Below, piece after piece: positions 58,407 to 64,000 of a stretch of DNA of 64,000 nt. How positions within the stretch are numbered: position 1 is the first letter of the stretch; each line of letters opens with the position of its first letter. The stretch is taken from IMG/VR virus record IMGVR_UViG_3300033182_000652, positions 2,541-66,540 of that record; one strand, written 5' to 3'. The DNA comes from a virus. The position numbers and the translations under genes are program-made. The notes beneath the pieces were generated by a model. It saw only the letters and a program-made list of their open reading frames with translations. It ran no database searches and was not told the origin of the DNA.

Positions 58407-58435
58407 TTGACCCGCATCCACTAGACACATACAAT
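58407..58435 (+). promoter_or_regulatory. Leaderless recA promoter
   Basis: TTGACC-N17-TACAAT-N6-ATG(58442). Confidence 0.8.
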
Positions 58436-58441
58436 AGAAAC

Positions 58442-59431
58442 ATGGTAGATAGAGAAAAACTTTTAGAAGACGCCTTAGGGCAAATTGAAAAACAGTTCGG
58501 TGCTGGAACAGTCATGCGCCTAGGCGACGCAGCATCTATGGAAATCGAAACCGTCTCAACCGGCTCCATTGCCCTAGACCTTGCACTAGGCGCAGGCGGG
58601 CTGCCCAAGGGACGAGTCACCGAAATTTACGGTCCAGAGTCATCAGGTAAGACCACTATCGCACTACACGTTATCGCAGAAGCACAGAAGCTTGGAGGCA
58701 AGTGTGCTTTCATTGACGCAGAGCACGCTTTAGATCCCGTGTACGCTAAAGCTATTGGATGCGACGTAGACAACCTTCTAGTCAGTCAGCCAGATACCGG
58801 CGAGCAGGCACTCACAATTACGAACAAGCTCATTGAGTCAGGCGCACTAGATGTGGTCGTTGTTGACTCGGTTGCGGCCCTTACGCCCCGAGCCGAAATT
58901 GAAGGAGAGATGGGTGACAGCCACGTTGGTCTTCACGCCCGCCTGATGTCTCAGGCCATGCGCAAGATTGTCGGAAACCTGAACCACTCAAACACCATTC
59001 TGATTATGATCAATCAGCTGCGTGAAAAGATTGGTGTCATGTTCGGGTCACCAGAAGTAACCACAGGCGGTAAGGCGCTGAAGTTTTATGCATCAGTACG
59101 TTTGGATATTCGCCGTATTGAAACTCTCAAAGACGGCGGCGAAGCGTCCGGAAACAAGACCCGAGTAAAGGTTGTCAAGAACAAAGTCGCTCCCCCGTTC
59201 CGTCAGGCCGAATTTGAAATCACCTACGGCGAAGGAATCAACCGTACCGGCGATATTGTTGACATTGCTACAGAGATGGGCATTATCGACAAGAAGGGCG
59301 CATGGTACGCTTACAAGGGCGAAAATATCGGTCAGGGCCGAGCCAACACCAAGATCTATCTTGATGAAAACCCCGATGTTAGAGAAACGATTGCAAACAC
59401 AATCTACTCTGTGCTTCCAAATATTTCCTAG
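58442..59431 (+). CDS. recA: Recombinase RecA
   Basis: [44 protein letters not shown]. Confidence 0.97.
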   Translation: MVDREKLLEDALGQIEKQFGAGTVMRLGDAASMEIETVSTGSIALDLALGAGGLPKGRVTEIYGPESSGKTTIALHVIAEAQKLGGKCAFIDAEHALDPVYAKAIGCDVDNLLVSQPDTGEQALTITNKLIESGALDVVVVDSVAALTPRAEIEGEMGDSHVGLHARLMSQAMRKIVGNLNHSNTILIMINQLREKIGVMFGSPEVTTGGKALKFYASVRLDIRRIETLKDGGEASGNKTRVKVVKNKVAPPFRQAEFEITYGEGINRTGDIVDIATEMGIIDKKGAWYAYKGENIGQGRANTKIYLDENPDVRETIANTIYSVLPNIS

Positions 59432-59491
59432 ACAGGTTGGTGTTTACCTTCTTTCGTGATACACTACGTATTACGAAAAGGAGATAACAAT

Positions 59492-59812
59492 ATGCCTAAA
59501 GTTAAAAAAGCAAAGGTTCCGGTCCAGCCGCCAGAGGGATGGGTGATTGAAAATCATTTCACCATCTCTCCTCAGGTTACGCTGTACTCGGGCGACAAGT
59601 GCCGAGTGAAGGGCGAGCGTGGAGTCTTCACATTTAAGCGCCACGTAGTCAACACAAAGTTTAACCCGATCTCAGAATGGGTTGATGTGTACGGCGGTTC
59701 ATACGGGCGTGAACAATACCGCTCGCTGCCTGTGGAACGGATCAAGCACATTCCTAAGCGTCGTACAAAGAAGAAGTCCCCGACCAAAAAGCCGGGGACC
59801 TCAACTCGTTAA
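59492..59812 (+). CDS. Basic hypothetical protein
   Basis: AAGGAG RBS before MPKVKK. Confidence 0.65.
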   Translation: MPKVKKAKVPVQPPEGWVIENHFTISPQVTLYSGDKCRVKGERGVFTFKRHVVNTKFNPISEWVDVYGGSYGREQYRSLPVERIKHIPKRRTKKKSPTKKPGTSTR

Positions 59813-59903
59813 GGATAAGTACAAAAGGAGCTAAAAACTTACCGCTCAACTTTATCTATATTAACACCTGCTAGATAGCTCCGTCAAGCGGTGCTCTTTA
59901 CTT

Positions 59904-60101
59904 TCAGATGAGTGAAGCGGAGGACTTGTCGCCAATCTTGGTGGCGACAAATGACTTCAGTACTGAAAGGGCGGCAGCCACACCAGCTGTCGCAGCACCC
60001 TTGGCTGACGCCATGTCAGTCACGACAAACATTGCCAGAAAAGTCTGAGCGAATGTCATGATAGCACGTTCGGCAACCTGCTTGTACATGTTCATATCCA
60101 T
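59904..60101 (-). CDS. Holin (r1t-like)
   Basis: ERAIMTFAQTFLA...A.LSVLKS pattern, two TM segments. Confidence 0.75.
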   Translation of the reverse strand: MDMNMYKQVAERAIMTFAQTFLAMFVVTDMASAKGAATAGVAAALSVLKSFVATKIGDKSSASLI

Positions 60102-60130
60102 TTAGTTTTCTCCTTATCAGGGAATAGTTT

Positions 60131-60148
60131 TAGAAGGAATTCCTTCTA
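60131..60148. promoter_or_regulatory. Perfect 18-bp palindrome at the holin transcription start
   Basis: TAGAAGGAATTCCTTCTA, 5 bp downstream of a minus-strand TACAAT (60159-60154). Confidence 0.5.
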
Positions 60149-60206
60149 CATATATTGTACAGCATAAACTTTTAGCACATAGATGCAGATTTATGTAAAC
60201 GTTACC

Positions 60207-60461
60207 TTAGTTTTTCTTAGGCTGTGTCATGCTAAATGCTGCGTCAATCTCGTCAACAGTAATCTTTCCGTCATCAGCATACGCAGCAGCAAGCTTCTGA
60301 ATAACAGTCGCAGCAGACGTAGCACCCGCCAACACGGCAGCCGTCCACGGATCAATACCACCAATGAGGCTAGAGCTACCAACAATAGCCATAGCATTCA
60401 TACAGAACACTGCCGCAATGCGGCCTATGGTATTCCAGATAAGTTTATTAGTTGCTTTCAT
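60207..60461 (-). CDS. Holin-like membrane protein
   Basis: Two hydrophobic helices then DDGKITVDEID. Confidence 0.65.
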   Translation of the reverse strand: MKATNKLIWNTIGRIAAVFCMNAMAIVGSSSLIGGIDPWTAAVLAGATSAATVIQKLAAAYADDGKITVDEIDAAFSMTQPKKN

Positions 60462-60669
60462 TTTCTCTCTCATCATCTACATAGTCTAATACAGTGCCCA
60501 ACAGATGCAGCGCAAGACCGGCAAGAGAAATATATATTCCCTGCCTTAACGTGGTCGATGACAAGGTGATCAACACCAGCCCCGTACCCGCTAATGTCCA
60601 TCCAAGGTAAAGCATTTCTCTACCCATACGCCGGATGGCTCCTACTGTTAGTTTGATTATGTTTTTCAT
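60448..60669 (-). CDS. Small membrane protein
   Basis: Two TM segments, GGAGG RBS. Confidence 0.7.
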   Translation of the reverse strand: MKNIIKLTVGAIRRMGREMLYLGWTLAGTGLVLITLSSTTLRQGIYISLAGLALHLLGTVLDYVDDERENESN

Positions 60670-60680
60670 GGTGCCTCCTT

Positions 60681-63200
60681 TCACCGAGACCTTCTTCTAG
60701 AACTACCCTTTTTACCTTTACCGCCACCGGAGTCACCGCCGGGGCCTCCTCCGCCGCCACCGCCGGAAGGACCGCCACCGCCGCCACCGGCAGGACCGGC
60801 AGGACCAGCAGGACCAGCAGATGTCGCAGCAGCAACGCTTACAGCTGCAGCAGCGGCAACAACAGTACGGCGAGTTTCCGTGTCAACCACAGAACCCTCA
60901 GCGATGTACTCATTGAAAGCCTCGTCGTCAAAGATATCTACAGTCTCTTCAAACTCTGCCTTCACTTCATCGTCCGCTTCGTTAACGGCAGCGACTAGAA
61001 CAACTTTGGCATCGTCAGAGATGTCATCAAATTTTTCGTCAGTGACAAGGCTTTCAATTTCTTCCGTGGTAATTTCGCCGTCAACAACGTCCAAGAACTC
61101 TTCAGCAAGTTCTTCGTCTAAGGCGTCAAGTTCTTCAACGACTTTTTCCTCGGCGGCATCAACTTCAGACAACTCGACGCCTTCGATGTCAAGTCCAAGG
61201 CTGTTTAGCTCCAGCGCCAGTTCTTGATCTTCTTCTTCAACGTCGAATTCTTCAAAGAACTCTGCAACGGTTAACGATTCGCCTGTGTCTTCGTCAACAA
61301 ACTCAAACTCAATTTCTTCACCGTCTATGGTAACGATCTCCGGCTCGGGTTCCGGTTCAGGTTCAGGCTCTGGTTCGGGAGGGAGCGTTGTTGTTGTCGT
61401 TGTTGTCGTCGTCGGAGGAAGCGTTGTTGAGGTGGTTGTGGTGGTGCTTGTAGTTGTAGTGGTCGTTGATGTAGTCGTAGTCGGGGTTACCGTAGTCGTC
61501 GTAGGCGGTACGGTTGTCGTTGTCGTTGATGGCGGTGCCTCCGTAGTCGTAGTTGTAGGCGCTACCGTCGTCGTAGTCGTTGGCGGCAACGTCGTTGTTG
61601 TCGTTACAGGTATTGTAGTGGTAGTAGTGGTCGGCGGGGGCAAGGTCGTAGTAGTTGGAGGTAAAGTTGTAGTAGTTGTTGTTGGTGGAACGGTCGTCGT
61701 CGTTGTGGTCGTTGGGACGGGCGTTGTGGTCGTTGTCGTAGGAGGAACGGTCGTCGTGGTCGGAGGGGTAGGCTCCTCTACAGTCAGCGTCACTTGGGTA
61801 GACCATCCAGAGTACACGCCTAGAGTGTCATTGTCTGCACGCACGTCAAAGACATATTCTTCTCCGAGTCCTCCGGTGCCCTCAAACAAGTCGTAGGGTA
61901 GAGTATATTCGGTAGTGAGAGCATTTTCGTCACCAACATTTCCAGTAGCGACACCCCATCCAGCATCGGGCGGTATACGGAAAGAGATGGCATAACATTC
62001 GGGATCGACATTTCCGGTATTTGGCTCATCCCAATCCAAGAAAACGCCGTTAGCGGTCAACTCACCGGTAAGGTTCATCGGCGGGCCAAGTGTCTGCGGA
62101 ACGGTGGTCGTTGTAGTAGTGGTCGGCGGAACCGTTGTGGTCGTCGTCGTTGTCGTCGTTGTGGTGACAGGCGTTGCCCAAGTCCAAGTATTCTGAGTAA
62201 ACCCGCACAGAGTGGCAGAGTGTAGCCCTTGGCATGTGTCCCATGATGCGTTTGAGGACCAGCCGTTTGGGGCAGAGTTGCTGTTGATTGAGTTGAACTG
62301 CGGGTTAGTGAGTAGGCTTGTTAAATCAGTCCACACTCCTGAACCATCTAGTTTCGCTTGGAACGAAACTTCTTTAATCTCGGTACCATAGTTACCGCCC
62401 CAACCTTCACCGTCTTTCGCCCAGATACGAATCTTTATAGTATCCCAGTTTGTCGAATCCTGAACGTTACTAGACACCGAGGCTTGGAACCAGCCAGACC
62501 CGACTTCAACCCAAGAAGTAGGTGCCGATGATGTCAGGTTACCTTGCAACAAGTTACCTGCCGAGTCATAAGCGGCATACTGCGTGGCCACGTAGTCATT
62601 AACATCGTAGAAACGCTTAACAAGAGGGGTCACAACAATTGAATCAATCTCTCCCGCATACGAAGAAACGTCCATTGTTTGCTCAATATATGCGGGGGTG
62701 TAAGAGAATCTGACCCCGTTGTAGGTGCTAAAGTTTGTGGCGAGCGTTAGATCAGTGACAAGGGAGTACTCTCCACTGTCGTACCCGTTTCCTCTTTCGC
62801 TACAACAGTACCCCGCATGGAGGCGATAAACGCCAGCATCTAGCGTTGTGTCGATCTTTGAGGAAACACACTGCGTTTCATTATTGTGGTTACCGTCGTC
62901 ATTTGCTGCGAGTACCGTGCCTGACAAGTCGTACAGCCACAAGAAAGGGTCAGATGTCAACTGGGTGCAAGAACTGTTTGAATTGCCGTAAATTAGGACA
63001 TCGGTGTCGTCTTCCGTAACCTCAAAGTACCAGTCAGATTCTTCGGTAACTGTGTATGAAGCGGCAGCTGCGGGGACAGGAGCGAACCATGCTAGTGCAA
63101 AAACCCACACAAGCGACGCTTTAGCCATTGTTTTAAATGACTTTGAAAGTTTCTTCAGCACGGCCAACCGCCTAAATACAAAAAGTAAAACACATTTCAT
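60681..63200 (-). CDS. Exported Thr/Pro-rich surface-type protein
   Basis: Signal peptide ending PAAA (start may be 63128), beta-sandwich/FN3-like domains, long poly-Thr linkers, acidic helical region, Ala/Gly/basic tail. Confidence 0.75.
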   Translation of the reverse strand: MKCVLLFVFRRLAVLKKLSKSFKTMAKASLVWVFALAWFAPVPAAAASYTVTEESDWYFEVTEDDTDVLIYGNSNSSCTQLTSDPFLWLYDLSGTVLAANDDGNHNNETQCVSSKIDTTLDAGVYRLHAGYCCSERGNGYDSGEYSLVTDLTLATNFSTYNGVRFSYTPAYIEQTMDVSSYAGEIDSIVVTPLVKRFYDVNDYVATQYAAYDSAGNLLQGNLTSSAPTSWVEVGSGWFQASVSSNVQDSTNWDTIKIRIWAKDGEGWGGNYGTEIKEVSFQAKLDGSGVWTDLTSLLTNPQFNSINSNSAPNGWSSNASWDTCQGLHSATLCGFTQNTWTWATPVTTTTTTTTTTTVPPTTTTTTTVPQTLGPPMNLTGELTANGVFLDWDEPNTGNVDPECYAISFRIPPDAGWGVATGNVGDENALTTEYTLPYDLFEGTGGLGEEYVFDVRADNDTLGVYSGWSTQVTLTVEEPTPPTTTTVPPTTTTTTPVPTTTTTTTVPPTTTTTTLPPTTTTLPPPTTTTTTIPVTTTTTLPPTTTTTVAPTTTTTEAPPSTTTTTVPPTTTTVTPTTTTSTTTTTTSTTTTTSTTLPPTTTTTTTTTLPPEPEPEPEPEPEPEIVTIDGEEIEFEFVDEDTGESLTVAEFFEEFDVEEEDQELALELNSLGLDIEGVELSEVDAAEEKVVEELDALDEELAEEFLDVVDGEITTEEIESLVTDEKFDDISDDAKVVLVAAVNEADDEVKAEFEETVDIFDDEAFNEYIAEGSVVDTETRRTVVAAAAAVSVAAATSAGPAGPAGPAGGGGGGPSGGGGGGGPGGDSGGGKGKKGSSRRRSR
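61385..61762 (-). repeat. Low-complexity (PPTTTTT)n coding repeat
   Basis: gtcgtt/gtagtc-rich tract; a second tract lies at about 62100-62170. Confidence 0.9.
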
Positions 63201-63255
63201 TTATTGTATCTTGCCGCCGTTTGACCTTTCCCAGGGATTCGCTATAATAACGTTT

Positions 63256-63474
63256 ATGCCTACGTACAATTACTCTTGCCCCCAATGTGGGTACTTTGAA
63301 AAATTTCAGAAAATGTCCGAAGACTCCTTGACAGAATGCCCCACTTGTGGCGATTCCATCAAAAAGGTTTACAACGCCCCCGCCATTTCCGGGTTCACCC
63401 CCACCCCCGCAACAGTAAGCCCTAACTACAACCCTAACCGTTCAGCGGTGTGGAACTCTGCCCAGCAAGAATAA
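63256..63474 (+). CDS. FmdB-family zinc ribbon protein
   Basis: MPTYNYSCPQCG.FE..Q.M......CPTCG; TTGACC-N16-TATAAT-N7-ATG. Confidence 0.85.
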   Translation: MPTYNYSCPQCGYFEKFQKMSEDSLTECPTCGDSIKKVYNAPAISGFTPTPATVSPNYNPNRSAVWNSAQQE

Positions 63475-63509
63475 GGTAAAATAACCTTAACTTACAAAAG
63501 AGAGGCAAC

Positions 63510-64000
63510 ATGGGTGAGTTAGTTTTCATGACAGGGACGATGGCTTCGGGTAAAACAACCCATCTCCTACAGGCCCACTTCAACATCGACAGCGCCTTTC
63601 CGAACCAAACCATCCTGTTGAGCAAGAACGACAGAGAAGGCGACTCGGTATGTACCAGCCGACTCGGGCAAAGATCATGGGCCGTCAACATTTCCGACGA
63701 TCAACCAATTTCTGATCTCATCGACGCTCAAGAACAAAGCACCCGCGAAACTGCCAAATACGTCTTTGTTGATGAAGCCCAATTCCTGACAATAGAACAA
63801 GTTGAAGAACTTGCTTTCTTGGCGGATATTCGAGGAGTCAACGTTTACGCATATGGTCTACTTACCACATATAAAGGTGAGCTGTTCCCTGCATCTAAAC
63901 GACTAATCGAACTTGCTGACAATATTCATCACTTAAGAAACGGCATGCGATGCTGGTGCGGTAAACCCGCTACTCACAACGGCCTATTCATCGGTGGTGA
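63510..64000 (+). CDS. tdk: Thymidine kinase (partial)
   Basis: Hand translation GTMASGKTT, SRLG, VFVDEAQFL, YGL.T...GELF..S.RL.ELAD, CWCG. Confidence 0.9.
   Translation, partial: MGELVFMTGTMASGKTTHLLQAHFNIDSAFPNQTILLSKNDREGDSVCTSRLGQRSWAVNISDDQPISDLIDAQEQSTRETAKYVFVDEAQFLTIEQVEELAFLADIRGVNVYAYGLLTTYKGELFPASKRLIELADNIHHLRNGMRCWCGKPATHNGLFIGG

Noticed and set aside
61285-61896. Poly-Val ORF and the D/Y/N-rich alternative frame
   Set aside because: Antisense and frame shadows of the poly-Thr tract.
1-64000. tRNA genes, integrase/att site, reverse transcriptase or DGR repeats, stop-codon recoding
   Set aside because: None seen by eye, and genes read intact in the standard code; tRNAscan and a self-alignment would be needed to exclude them formally.

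Overview
This window is a 64 kb segment of a large tailed dsDNA phage with an HK97-type head and a contractile tail. The host is probably an actinobacterium, inferred from a WhiB gene, an actinobacterial-type RecA and holin, and at least 12 leaderless TAnnnT-N6/7-ATG gene starts. Positions 1-44.3 kb hold the virion genes on the minus strand: spike/fibre, hub, tape measure, frameshifted chaperone, tube, sheath, neck, capsid, protease and portal. Two large cargo blocks interrupt them. One is a 2656-aa polyvalent protein (metallopeptidase, DEDDh exonuclease, up to four ADP-ribosyltransferase-like domains) with three small satellite ORFs. The other is about 12 kb of modular, lysine-punctuated proteins between the prohead protease and capsid genes. 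After an inverted terminase come a modification cluster (ParB/PAPS-reductase, methyltransferases, dioxygenases, glycosyltransferase), recombination genes, a promoter-driven structured non-coding region of about 480 nt, holins, a Thr-rich exported protein and thymidine kinase. No tRNA, rRNA or CRISPR array was seen. All family names come from motif recognition by eye, not database searches.
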